Shown one piece after another: positions 20,969 to 31,304 of a stretch of 64,000 bases of DNA. Numbering within the stretch: the stretch's first letter is position 1; each line of letters starts with the position of its first letter. The stretch comes from an uncultured delta proteobacterium. Its GTDB lineage: Bacteria > Desulfobacterota > Desulfobaccia > Desulfobaccales > 0-14-0-80-60-11. The DNA lies in contig CAWJCT010000002.1 of NCBI GenBank assembly GCA_963841475.1, positions 232,766 through 296,765 on the forward strand. Direction: 5' to 3'. The translations under genes were made by a program, and so were the position numbers. The notes beneath the pieces were generated by a model. The model was not told where the DNA came from. It saw only the letters and a program-made list of their open reading frames with translations, and made no database searches.

Positions 20969-22528
20969 CTAAAAAGCCCCCCTGTTCTGGAAGAGCCGCG
21001 GCTTCGCTGGCTTCAACTGGGGCGTCTCCCCCGCCGGCAGGTCCCGGGCCAGGCCAACCGCCCCTTCCAGCGCGTCCGGCCCATCGTCGTGCAGCGTCCG
21101 GGACGGGAAGAAGAGCAATTGCTCCACCAGCAGTTCCTGGTCCGAATGCCCCCGGATAAAGCGAATCTTGCCCCGCTCTAACAGCGGTGACAGGCCGGCC
21201 ACCCGGGTCTCCTTGGCGATGCGGTGGGTCACCCCTCTCAGGGGCAGGAATTGGCCCCGCTCCACCCCGATCCGGTCGAACTCCTTGAGCAGGAGCCGCT
21301 GGAAAAGGTTGTCTTCCACCCCCACCAGCTGATAGCCGAATTGCTGGTGCCGGTTGAAAATGGTCCGCATAATCTGATCCAACGTGGCTTTTCTGGATGA
21401 TCGCATCCATCACGTAAATCACCATTTCCCGCCGGTCCCAGCCCACCGTGATAAACGCCTTGTAATCGGACGGTGGCCCCGGTCTCCAGGGAAGGATCAA
21501 AGAAACCCGTTACCACCAGGTCCCGATCTTTCAGGCTGTCAGGATGGTAGTAGTGAATCCAGTTCTCCTTGAAAAAGCCGCCGTCCGGCGCCGGTTCATT
21601 CATCTTCTCCCGGTTGAAGGCCACAGTGCCCATCAACTGCTTTTGCAGCTTGAGCCGGGCCACCGGGTGCCGGGCCTCCCACAATGACGACCCGTCGTCC
21701 TGGTAAGCCCGGTAAATCCGCCGCTGGAAATGGCAGTAGGGTTCGTCGGGGCTGGTCAGCATTACGTGCAGGGCGCTGTGCCACCGAAGAATGGTGCCGA
21801 TAATCATCAGGGTGCCCCGGGCGTCCACCGCGGGGTAGACCGTGGATTTCACCCAGTCCAGGATGGATTGGACGATCTCGGGATTCCGGACGTTGGTGTC
21901 ATTCTCCAGGTCATCCAGGATGACCAGGTCCGGCCGCCACTGCTTGTGCTTGAGACCCCTGAGGCGCTGCCCCCGTCCCCGGGATTTTACGCGGATGTCG
22001 TTCAAGGTCACGAAATCGTCCACCGACTTGTTGCCTTTGACCAACTCCCCGAAATCCTGGTGGAGCCTCTCGTTGTAGAGCAGCTCCAGGTAGATGTAGC
22101 CGGTGAGGTCCGAGGCCAGGTCTTCGGTGTCGCTGCCGATCAGGATGAAATGCCGCCGCCGGAAACAGATCTGGTGCAGGACGTAGCCAAAGGCTGCACA
22201 CCGTGGTTTTGGCGAACTCCCGGGGGGCGGCCACCGCCATGGGCGTCACCACCTCATCGCTCCGCTGCTCCAGCAGCCGCACCAGCTCATGGTGAAAGGG
22301 CGCCGGGGCATGGGCAAAATAGTGAGGCAGATAGGTGCGGCAAAAATAGAGGGGATCGCCTGCGGCCCGCTCCAGCCGTTGCCGCTGCTTTTCTTCGCTG
22401 TCGGCCCAGAAGGGCATCACTTCCAGCGACAGACGCATCAGGATCTTATCGGCTCGCTTGCGAAACTCGCTTATGGTCAACTTTTTGTTTAAGGTCATGG
22501 TCCTTCCTTGGGCTCGTTTGCCGCTCAT
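20969..22528 (-). CDS. Terminase large subunit (at least 4 frameshifts)
   Basis: APREFAKTT (Walker A-like), LVILDDLEND (Walker B-like), nuclease half YVMDAI...GVEDNLFQ...LHDDGPDALEGAV. Confidence 0.8.
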
Positions 22529-22640
22529 CAGCTCTTTCCCCCCTTTCCGGTCTCGCCTCTAGAGGTCATGCTCGCCTCCGATGGTCGCCCCATGCCTCGT
22601 TCTACCTTTGGGATGGGTGGAGATAATGTGGCGTTTAAGA

Positions 22641-23152
22641 TCAGGAGTCTTCTTCCAGCTGCCGGAAAAACTCCTGGACCCGGTACGAAATCTGCTTCAG
22701 TTCCTCCTGATCCTTCACCCAGCCCCGCAAAAATTCGATGAACCGATCCATCACTTCCAGCGCCGCCGCCCGCAGGTCCCATCCCTGGCTGCACAGCCGG
22801 TCGAGGAGAGTCACAATCTTGCTCAGTTCATCCAATTCCGGCGCTTTCAGGTCACCTTTGATGATGAGCTGGCCGGCCTTTTCCCTTAAGATCCCCCTCA
22901 AGGCCTCTCCCAGCCATCGGGAGGATACCGGTACCTGCCGCCGTTTTTCTTCCCATTCTCTTCCTGGTGCCACCGCTTCAGAGTTGCCAGGGCTACCGGC
23001 AGCAGTTCCTGGATCTCTTCCAGGTCCTTCCCAGCCAGGTAAAGTGATTGGGCGTCCTCTCCGTGAAGCTCACGTTTTCCCTTCCTGGTGCTTTTCTTGT
23101 TTCCCGTCATGGTTGCCTGGATATACGCAATAAGCCGTCCAATCTCCAGCAC
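22641..23152 (-). CDS. Putative terminase small subunit (Mu gp27 / DUF1804-like), 1 frameshift; the start may be at 23110
   Basis: N-terminal HTH-like AQSLYLAGKDLEEIQELLPVALATLKRWHQEE. Lies immediately upstream of TerL. Confidence 0.5.
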
Positions 23153-23353
23153 GCCTGGAACGGTTGTCCCTCAGCCCAACTTCCGCCCTTCAGCCGATGT
23201 CAACCATTCCTCCCCCGCGCCTGACTGCTCCTTTATCCATGCCTTGCCGATCCGTTTTAGCCTCTGGCCTTTAAACCTTTGGTCCAGGAGGAACCGCAGC
23301 CCATCTCTTCGGGGCGCCCCGGCATCGGCTCACCCGGGCAATTCCGGTTCCCC

Positions 23354-23527
23354 TTAATAAACCTCGGCCATCTTATCTCTGACCGCGCTCTCCAGGATCC
23401 TCACCGTGCCCCCGGTAATCTTGACGCCCCTGAGCTTCCCTTCCCAAAACCAGCGGTACACCGTGGAGCGGGACACCGCCAGGCGATTGGCTACTTCACT
23501 GGGTCTCATCAGACGCTCATGGATCAT
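23354..23527 (-). CDS. Small HTH DNA-binding protein (excisionase/MerR-type, 57 aa)
   Basis: My translation: MIHERLMRPSEVANRLAVSRSTVYRWFWEGKLRGVKITGGTVRILESAVRDKMAEVY. Not in the ORF track (below 60 aa). Confidence 0.6.
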   Translation of the reverse strand: MIHERLMRPSEVANRLAVSRSTVYRWFWEGKLRGVKITGGTVRILESAVRDKMAEVY

Positions 23528-23917
23528 TTCTCATCCCTCCCTGTTCTGGCACAACTGCTCCTACTCCATTCAAGATCCGTGCAACCTGGAAGACACCTGT
23601 CCTCTCCTGTCACACATCCCGCCTTTGGCCTGCCGTAAAGAGCTCCTTCTGTCCCTGCCCGGGAGGCTAAGAATGGAGGAACGGCCCCCTCGGCTCCGGG
23701 CCGCACGGGTAAGCCCCGCCTCATTCCCCGGCATTTTCCTTGCTCCGGGATGGGGACCAAATCTCAGGCTCTTAAGCCTGCCAAGGTTAGAACAACGCCG
23801 GGATGAATAACTCCCCGGGCCCGGTCGACTTGCCGGCCCGGAAGGACGAAGGGCCTACAGTGCGGAGCAATCGCTCTAGGGGGATTTGGTCAATCTTTAG
23901 GGGTAACGCCCCAACGC

Positions 23918-23934
23918 CCCCTTAATTTAAGGGG
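23918..23934. promoter_or_regulatory. 17-bp perfect palindrome CCCCTTAA-T-TTAAGGGG in the ORF-free junction (candidate operator)
   Basis: Read directly. Confidence 0.35.
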
Positions 23935-24270
23935 CTCTCAGGACTGGCGGGAAAATCTCCCTGGCAAAATCAGTCAGCAGGCCAGGAGGGCACTACGCCC
24001 CTGCAAAGACTCTTCTCGGCAAGGCCCCATGGGCCGTCGGTCCACCCGTAAAACAGGCAACCGGGCCATTACTGGTGGTGCAGGGGACGCACTCTCCCTT
24101 TGGCTCCAGCCGGCGGTGGTCCCGAAAGTACGGCCGCCTTATCGGCATTTAATTCCACGGGCAAAACCCAGAAAAGCCTTTCGGGTCAGCAAAATTGGCT
24201 TGCCCCTTGCAGAAAAAATTCCCCACGACCCTCAAGGAAGAGGAATCTGAAACCGCAAGGAGGCTGAAAG

Positions 24271-24456
24271 ATGGAATTACTGCAAAAGAAGCGTTTTTTT
24301 CGCCCGGATGAGGCCGCGGCGATCCTGGTTATCTCCCGCCGCACCGTATACCGGATGATTCGTGACGGTCGAATCCCCGGGGTCAAGTGGGGCGGTGGCC
24401 CCTGGCGCATCCCCCGGGAAAGCCTGGCCAGTCTGCTTCCGGGCGAGGGGTTCTAG
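24271..24456 (+). CDS. Excisionase-family HTH protein (61 aa)
   Basis: FFRPDEAAAILVISRRTVYRMIRDGRIPGVKWGGGPWRIPRESL fits the excisionase-family HTH pattern. RBS AAGGAGG lies upstream. Confidence 0.65.
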   Translation: MELLQKKRFFRPDEAAAILVISRRTVYRMIRDGRIPGVKWGGGPWRIPRESLASLLPGEGF

Positions 24457-24689
24457 GCCTCTTCCCCCCACCCCCGGCCTGACAACCTTCCTCCACGCCC
24501 CGGGTCCTGCTATCATCCCTCTGAATTAGGGAGAAAGCGGGATCTGGGGCCCCGTTCCCTCCTCTCTTGCCTGAATTAAGCAAACCGCGGAATTCACCTT
24601 GCTTTTTTCCCCCGGGGAACGTAAACTAATCTATGGTAAAATCTATATAATTGACATAACCATGGCATTTGCCAGCGCTTAAGGACCCA

Positions 24690-26581
24690 ATGAATAACCG
24701 TTTGAGCCCATTTTATAAGAATATCGCCTTGTGGCTGCTCATTACCCTGGTAATGATCTTCCTGTTCAATTACTTCAACAGCGTCGAGCACACCCGGGGC
24801 AAGGCCACCCTCACTTACACCGAATTCATCAAGTTGGTAAAAGAGGACCAGGTCCTCAGGGTTACCCTTCAAGGCGATGAAATCTCCGGCGAGATGAAAA
24901 GAAGCGGTGAAATGAAAGAAGGCAAGGCCTTCAAGAGCTACGCCCCCACTGACCCAGACCTGATCAAAGTCCTCCAGGCGAAAGGGGTCCAGATCACCGC
25001 CAAGCCCAAGGATGATTCTCCCTGGTACACCACCCTGCTGGTCTCCTGGCTACCCATGCTGGTCCTGGTGGGCATCTGGATCTTCTTTATGCGCCAGATG
25101 CAGTCCGGCGGCGGTAAAGCCATGTCCTTCGGCAAGAGCCGGGCTCGCCTCATGACCGAAAACACCGTCAAGATCACCTTCGCCGATGTGGCCGGCATCG
25201 AAGAAGCCAAGGAAGAAGTCTCGGAAATTATCGATTTCCTTAAAGATCCCAAGAAGTTCACCCGGCTGGGCGGCCGCATCCCCAAAGGGGTTCTCCTGGT
25301 GGGCGCCCCGGGTACCGGTAAAACCCTCCTGGCCCGGGCCATCGCCGGCGAAGCGGGGGTTCCCTTCTTCAGTATCAGCGGGTCCGATTTCGTGGAGATG
25401 TTCGTAGGCGTGGGGGCCGCCCGGGTGCGAGACCTGTTCATCCAGGGCAAAAAGAGCGCTCCGTGCATCATCTTCATCGATGAAATTGACGCCGTGGGCC
25501 GTCACCGGGGCGCCGGTCTAGGCGGCGGCCACGATGAGCGGGAACAGACCTTGAACCAGCTCCTGGTGGAAATGGACGGCTTTGAGGCCAATGAAGGGCG
25601 TTATCCTCATCGCCGCCACCAACCGCCCGGACGTCCTGGACCCGGCCTTGCTGCGGCCCGGCCGCTTCGACCGCCAGGTGGTGGTCCCGATCCCCGATCG
25701 TCAAGAGGGCGGGAAGCCATCCTCAAGGTCCATACCCGCCGCACTCCCCTGGCCGACACGGTGGACCTGTCCATCCTGGCCCGGGGCACCCCCGGATTTT
25801 CCGGCGCCGACCTCGAGAACCTGGCCAACGAAGCCGCCTTGCTCGCCGCCCGCCGGGGCAGCGAATCTGGTCACCATGCCCGACTTCGAAGAGGCCAAAG
25901 ATAAGGTCCTCATGGGCACGGAACGCCGCAGCCTCATTTTGACTGAGAGGAACGCTTGAACACCGCTTATCACGAGGCCGGCCATACCCTGGTGGCCAAG
26001 TGCGTCCCGGGCGCCGACCCCATCCACAAGGTCACCATCATTCCCCGGGGTCGGGCCTTGGGCCTCACCCAGCAGTTGCCTCTGGATGAACGGCACACCT
26101 ATCCCAAGGAATATCTCGCCGCTCTCCTGACGGTTCTGTTGGGGGGCCGGGCCGCCGAGGAACTGATCTTTCAGCATTTCACCACCGGCGCCGGCAACGA
26201 CCTGGAACGGTCCACCGATCTGGCCCGCAAGATGGTCTGCAATTGGGGCATGAGCGACGAGCTGGGCCCCGTTACCTTCGGCAAGCGGGACGAACACATC
26301 TTTTTGGGCCGGGAAATCTCCCAGTCCAAAGATTTCAGTGAAGAGACCGCCCGGGTCATCGACCACGCCATCAAGAACCTGGTTCTCAGCTCCTACAATC
26401 AGGCCAAGGATATTTTGACCGAGCCATCGGGCCCAACTGGAAGCCCTGGCCCAGGGCCTCTTGGAGAAGGAAACCCTGGACAGCACCGAAATTGACCGGA
26501 TTTTAAACTCTTTCCAGAACCCGGAAGAACCCCCTGAAACCCCGGAAGTCGCGGCCCCACTCGACGCTCCAGCAGGCGTAA
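24690..26581 (+). CDS. ftsH: ATP-dependent zinc metalloprotease FtsH (about 4 apparent frameshifts)
   Basis: [64 protein letters not shown] (zinc site). Fragments 24669-25904, 25582-25959, 25956-26495 and 26461 onward. Confidence 0.9.
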
Positions 26582-26583
26582 CC

Positions 26584-27463
26584 ATGGCGGGCCCGACGTC
26601 TTTCTCCGGCCTCGGGGAGATTCTGAGCGCCATCAGGTCTGGGCGGACGCTTCTGGCGGCGCCTCGCCCTCTGATCATGGGGGTGCTCAACGTCACCCCC
26701 GACTCCTTTGCCGACGGCGGCCGCTTCTTCGACCATGCCGCGGCCTTGGCCCAGGCCCGGGCCCTGGTGGCGGCCGGCGCCGACATCCTGGACATCGGCG
26801 GTGAATCCACCCGGCCGTTCGCCGATCCCGTACCTCTTAGAGGAGGAACTGCGCCGGGTCTTGCCGGTCATCGACGACCCTGGCCCCCGAAATCACCGTC
26901 CCCATCTCCATCGATACCTACAAGGCGACGGTGGCCCGGGCCGCCCTCAGCGCCGGCGCCACTCTGATCAATGACATCAGCGCCCTGCGTTTCGACCCGG
27001 ATATGGCCCCCTTGGCCGCCGAGTTTCAGGCGCCGGTGGTCCTGATGCACATGCAGGGCACTCCCCGGGATATGCAGCGCCAGCCTCACTACCACGACTT
27101 GCTGGGGGAAATCCGGGACTTCTTTCGGGAACGGCTGGATTTCGCCGCCTCCCAGGGTCTCGCTGCTGAGCTCCTGGTCCTGGACCCCGGTATCGGTTTC
27201 GGCAAAACCGGGCAACACAACCTGGAGATCTTGAACCACCTGGAGGTCTTCCTGGATTTGGGCGTCCCGTGCTGGTGGGAGCCTCTCGGAAAGCCTTCAT
27301 CGGGCGCATCCTGGACCTCCCCGCCGGTGAAGAACGGGATGTTGGCACCCTGGCGGCCCTGGCTGTGGCGGTGCTGCGCGGCGCCCGTATCGTCCGCACC
27401 CATAACGTCGCCTATGCCCGCCAGTTCCTGGCCGTGCTGGAGGCGATTCGCACCGCCCCGTGA
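26584..27463 (+). CDS. folP: Dihydropteroate synthase (about 3 frameshifts)
   Basis: IMGVLNVTPDSFADGGRF, DILDIGGESTRP, INDISALR, DPGIGFGKT, VGASRKAFIG, VRTHNV. Confidence 0.85.
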
Positions 27464-27701
27464 AGGGGACGAACGCAACCATTATGAAGGCGGCCGAAAC
27501 GACATTGTCTTATCCAGCGCAGAGACACTGCGGACTATGCCCCCAAACCAACTTGTAAGAGGCGCACTGCGCACTATTTGCACTTAACGTTTTCGCCCTG
27601 AACCCTTCTAACCATTAGGTTGGAGATGCCCGGCGGGGTTTTCAAGCCTTCGCCTCCAGATCCACTGACATCTCCAAAAAGGATGCGCCCTCGCCTCCAT
27701 C

Positions 27702-28505
27702 ATGTCGCCATTTCTAAGCAATCTGCGCTGGCAGGATGGTGTGGACATCATCCTGGTGGCCATCATTATTTACCAGGTGGTGCTGGTGCTGCGCGGCACC
27801 CAGGCCATCCCGGTCCTGGCTGGGCTCTTCCTCCTGTTCATCGCCTATGTGGTAGCCCGCCAATTGGAGCTTTTCACCCTGGAATGGCTCCTGGGCATCA
27901 TCGTCAAGAGCTTTGTGCTCATTGTCATCATTCTCTTCCAGGCCGATATTCGCCGGTTTCTCAGCCGCATGGGCAAAAAAGCCCTGGCCCCCGGCGGCCT
28001 CCAGGCCCCCCTTACCGTTGAAGAAGTATGCGATGCCGCCGACACCATGGCCAGTCGCCGCATCGGCGCCCTCATCGTCATGGAGCGCTATATTGGCCTG
28101 TCGGATTTTCTCGAACGGGCCATCAAGCTGGACGCCCTGGTCACCAAGGAGTTGCTGGTGACGCTGTTCTGGCCCCACACCCCCACCCATGACGGTGCCG
28201 TCATTCTTCAAGGGGACCGGGCCGTGGCCGCAGGTTGTCTGATGCCCCTGTCCCGCGACCCCAATCTGGACCCCACCCTGGGCACCCGCCATCGGGCCGC
28301 GGTGGGGGTCACCGAGCAGAGCGACGCCCTGGCCCTGGTGATCTCCGAAACCTCCGGACAGATCTCCCTGGCCTACGGCGGAAAACTGCGACGCGATCTT
28401 ACCCGGCTACAACTGCGGCAGGCCCTCCGGGACCTGCTGGAAACTCCGGCTAACCATAAAGGAAACTGGTTTGATAAGCTGGCTCGGTACGTTAAAACGC
28501 AATAG
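27702..28505 (+). CDS. cdaA: Diadenylate cyclase CdaA
   Basis: Three N-terminal TM segments plus DAC-domain motifs DGAVIL, GTRHRAAVG and ALALVISETSGQIS. Intact. Confidence 0.9.
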   Translation: MSPFLSNLRWQDGVDIILVAIIIYQVVLVLRGTQAIPVLAGLFLLFIAYVVARQLELFTLEWLLGIIVKSFVLIVIILFQADIRRFLSRMGKKALAPGGLQAPLTVEEVCDAADTMASRRIGALIVMERYIGLSDFLERAIKLDALVTKELLVTLFWPHTPTHDGAVILQGDRAVAAGCLMPLSRDPNLDPTLGTRHRAAVGVTEQSDALALVISETSGQISLAYGGKLRRDLTRLQLRQALRDLLETPANHKGNWFDKLARYVKTQ

Positions 28506-29388
28506 GCTCCTGAAGCTCTTCTCCATCTTGCTGGCCATTGCCCTCTGGTTCACCGTCAGCGGTGAGGAGCGCACCGAGACCACTATCAACATGACCCTGG
28601 AACTGGTCAACCTGAACAAAAATCTCATGGCCACCAGCGAAGTGCCCCCAGCTATCCAGGTCCGGGTGGTCGGCCCCCGCTCCATTGTCAACAATCTCTC
28701 CCAGACCCGCCTCACCCAAACTCTGGACTTGAACGGTTATAAAAGCGGCCGCCACACCTTTTCTCTCGGCCCCAACAGCTTCTCTCTTCCCCGGGGGGTT
28801 CAAGTGGTCCGCATCCAACCCAACCCCATCACCCTGACCCTGGCCGCCACCATCACTCGGACTCTGCCCATCAAGCCGATCCTGGAAAATAATCCCGCCG
28901 AGGGCTACGAGCTCGTCAGCGTCAATACCCGCCCAGCCCAGGTGACCGTCAAAGGCCCTGCCCCGGAACTGGCCGAACTGCAATTTATCCCCACTCTCCC
29001 CATTGACCTGTCCTTCCTTAAGGAACGCACTGTCATCGCCACGGATTTAGACTTCAAGAACCTCCACCTGGCCCTGAAAGATCCGATCCCCATCCTGGCA
29101 GACATCCAGATCGGCCCCAAAACCATGACCCGGACCTTTACCGGGGTCTCCGTCTTGACCGATCCCCAGGAAGCCCGGGTGTCCCCGGCCCAGGTTACCC
29201 TTATCGTTAAAGGCCCCTGGCCCCTGATACAGGCTCTCAAGGCCGAAGACCTCAAGGCCCGGGCGGACACCCTCAACCTGGCCCCCGGCCGCCACCGTCT
29301 CAACGTCTCCGTGGAATTACCCCAGGGGGCCAGCCTGGTGCGCTCTCGTCCCGCCACCGTCACCGTCACCGTGGCCAAATCGTCATAA
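28471..29388 (+). CDS. cdaR: YbbR-domain protein (CdaR-like regulator of CdaA)
   Basis: Overlaps cdaA by 35 nt. One N-terminal TM followed by repeated YbbR-like beta modules. Intact. Confidence 0.75.
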   Translation: MISWLGTLKRNRLLKLFSILLAIALWFTVSGEERTETTINMTLELVNLNKNLMATSEVPPAIQVRVVGPRSIVNNLSQTRLTQTLDLNGYKSGRHTFSLGPNSFSLPRGVQVVRIQPNPITLTLAATITRTLPIKPILENNPAEGYELVSVNTRPAQVTVKGPAPELAELQFIPTLPIDLSFLKERTVIATDLDFKNLHLALKDPIPILADIQIGPKTMTRTFTGVSVLTDPQEARVSPAQVTLIVKGPWPLIQALKAEDLKARADTLNLAPGRHRLNVSVELPQGASLVRSRPATVTVTVAKSS

Positions 29389-29613
29389 TCCTCGGGGAGT
29401 TCCAATCCTCCGTCGCCATCGCCCAGGTGGCGCCGGCTGAAAGGTTGCGGCTCTAAACCCACCTCTCCGTCCGGAGCTTCACGAAAAAGCCAGCGGCTGC
29501 CAGATTCTCCCCCTGCATATTTCCGTCAGTTCAAGCTCCGGATTTGACCTTCAAATTCCTAACGACCAGCCTCTGCCCCCTGGGCACTTTCTCATTGCCT
29601 GCCGTTATTTCCC

Positions 29614-30441
29614 GTGATACATTCCGCCATTATGCACCCCCTCATTGCCCTCATGCTCGGCGCAGTCCAGGGTATTACCGAGTTCTTGCCCATTTCCAGC
29701 TCCGCCCACCTGGCTCTACTGGAGCACTATCTCCATGTGGCCCAAGCCGGCCTGGGTTTTGACATCCTGCTCCATGTCGGCAGCCTGGTGGCCCTGGTGG
29801 CCTACTTCTACCAGGACTGGCTGGACATGGCCCACGCCTTCATCTCCCCCTCCCGGTACAACCGCCCGGAGCGCAAGATGCTCTTTTTTCTCATCGTCGC
29901 CACCATTCCCGGGGCTCTGGCCGGGGTGCTGCTCGAAAAAAAGGCCGAGACCCTCTTCCGGGAACCGGCCCGCATCGCCATTCTCCTGGGGGCCGTAGGG
30001 CTCCTGCTCATCCTGGGGGAAATCCTGGCCCGGCATCGCCGCCGCCTGGACCAGATCACCTTGAAAGACGCCGTGCTCATCGGCCTCTCCCAGGCCTTTG
30101 CCATCATGCCCGGGGTTTCCCGGAGCGGCATCACCATGACCACCGGCCTGTTTCTGGGCTTCAACCGCCGCTCCGCCGCCCACTTTTCCTTTCTGATGTC
30201 CACCCCCATCATCGCCGGCGCCGGCCTCCACCACATCCCCAAATGGATCCACGAGCCCGCCGGGACCCTGGGCCTGTTGCCCGCCACCCTCGGCTTTTTG
30301 GCCGCGGTGATCTCCAGCTACCTCACCATCAAGTACCTCATGCGCTTCCTCCAGAACCACACCTTCATCCCCTTCGCGGTCTACCGCCTTCTCCTGGCCG
30401 CAGTGATCCTGGTCGCGGTCTTTTACTACCATGCGGGCTAA
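29614..30441 (+). CDS. uppP: Undecaprenyl-diphosphate phosphatase
   Basis: GAVQGITEFLPISSSAHL and PGVSRSGITMT motifs. Intact. Confidence 0.9.
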   Translation: MIHSAIMHPLIALMLGAVQGITEFLPISSSAHLALLEHYLHVAQAGLGFDILLHVGSLVALVAYFYQDWLDMAHAFISPSRYNRPERKMLFFLIVATIPGALAGVLLEKKAETLFREPARIAILLGAVGLLLILGEILARHRRRLDQITLKDAVLIGLSQAFAIMPGVSRSGITMTTGLFLGFNRRSAAHFSFLMSTPIIAGAGLHHIPKWIHEPAGTLGLLPATLGFLAAVISSYLTIKYLMRFLQNHTFIPFAVYRLLLAAVILVAVFYYHAG

Positions 30442-30578
30442 TCCCGCCGCCGATATCTCCTCACCTCCTTGTCAGAAATCTTTTTACACGAATATCAGAA
30501 ATCATCTGATTTCCAGGCCCGTCCCGGTCTGCTAGAATTACAGGAGCGCTCCGGGAGTGGCGGCGCGCCATAAAATCT

Positions 30579-30607
30579 TTGACAATGATTTCTTCCTGAA
30601 ATATATT
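30579..30607 (+). promoter_or_regulatory. Near-consensus sigma-70 promoter for sdhCAB (TTGACA-17 nt-TATATT)
   Basis: Read directly; 50 nt upstream of the sdhC start. Confidence 0.5.
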
Positions 30608-30656
30608 CAACAATTGAGTTTGCGTAAAATTTCACATTTTCAGAGCAGGTGACCCG

Positions 30657-31304
30657 GTGATCTTACAAAAACTTCTGGCGAAAAGTCCCCGGCTGGAAGC
30701 CCGCATGGAACTCCTGGAGCTGGCCACCGGCCTGATGCTCTTCGGCTTCCTCCAGTTCCACATGTTTGCGGTCTCCAGCATCATTCTTGGCGTGGACGCC
30801 TTTAACCGGGATTCCGCCCGGATGGATGAGTACTATCTCTCCTACATCGGCATCCCCCTCATTATCCTGGCCATCCTCGTCCACGGGTTGGTGGCGCTGC
30901 GCAAGGCTCCCTGGCAGTTCCAGGAAATGCGGGTCTACCTGCAGCATTCCCGCCGCCTGGCCCACCTGGACACCTGGGCCTGGGGCGTCCAGATCGTCAC
31001 CGGCTTGATTGTCCTGGTCCTGGCCGTTTCCCATATCTGGAGCGTGCTGGTCACCTGGCCCATCGCCGCCGCCACCAGCGCCGCCCGGATCCAGGGAGGC
31101 TACTTTTCCAACTTCGTCCTCCTGATCCTGGCCGCCGAAATCCACGCCATGGTAGGCCTGTACCGTATCCTGGTGAAGTGGAGCTGGATACACCGGCGGA
31201 AATTCACCAACTATCTGGTTTACGCCACCATCGGTATGGTAGGGTTGGGGTTCCTGACCCTCCTGGTCTTCTATTTCCGTAACGTTCCCAAGGGTCTCTC
31301 ATGA
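30657..31304 (+). CDS. sdhC: Succinate dehydrogenase/fumarate reductase cytochrome b subunit
   Basis: 215-aa polytopic membrane protein with conserved His residues. Overlaps the sdhA start. Confidence 0.75.
   Translation: MILQKLLAKSPRLEARMELLELATGLMLFGFLQFHMFAVSSIILGVDAFNRDSARMDEYYLSYIGIPLIILAILVHGLVALRKAPWQFQEMRVYLQHSRRLAHLDTWAWGVQIVTGLIVLVLAVSHIWSVLVTWPIAAATSAARIQGGYFSNFVLLILAAEIHAMVGLYRILVKWSWIHRRKFTNYLVYATIGMVGLGFLTLLVFYFRNVPKGLS

Larger units (their letters stand above)
1..23530 (-). mobile_element. Prophage or phage-derived structural cluster: Mu-like head module joined to a siphovirus-type tail module. The left end runs off the window.
   Basis: Uninterrupted minus-strand series of recognisable virion genes (listed below). 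Ends at a small HTH gene and an ORF-free stretch before ftsH. Confidence 0.85.

Noticed and set aside
23831-23856. GCCGGCCCGGAAGGACGAAGGGCC resembles the SRP (4.5S) RNA domain IV core GGUCCGGAAGGAAGCAGCC
   Set aside because: The conserved AGCA bulge is absent. The pair closing the GGAA loop is broken (C opposite A). I could not fold the flanks into the long SRP helix. The similarity is probably a chance occurrence of the CCGGAAGG motif.
25701-26810. Long antisense ORFs in the track, for example 25701-26810(-), 31271-32710(-), 34521-35621(-), 7707-9503(+), 3670-5097(+), 33162-33992(-), 29716-30432(-)
   Set aside because: These are shadow ORFs typical of high-GC DNA. They lie opposite strongly recognisable genes (ftsH/folP, sdhA, the CDF gene, tail genes, sdhB, uppP). 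Their translations are Gly/Pro/Arg/Ala-rich and low-complexity, with no motifs.
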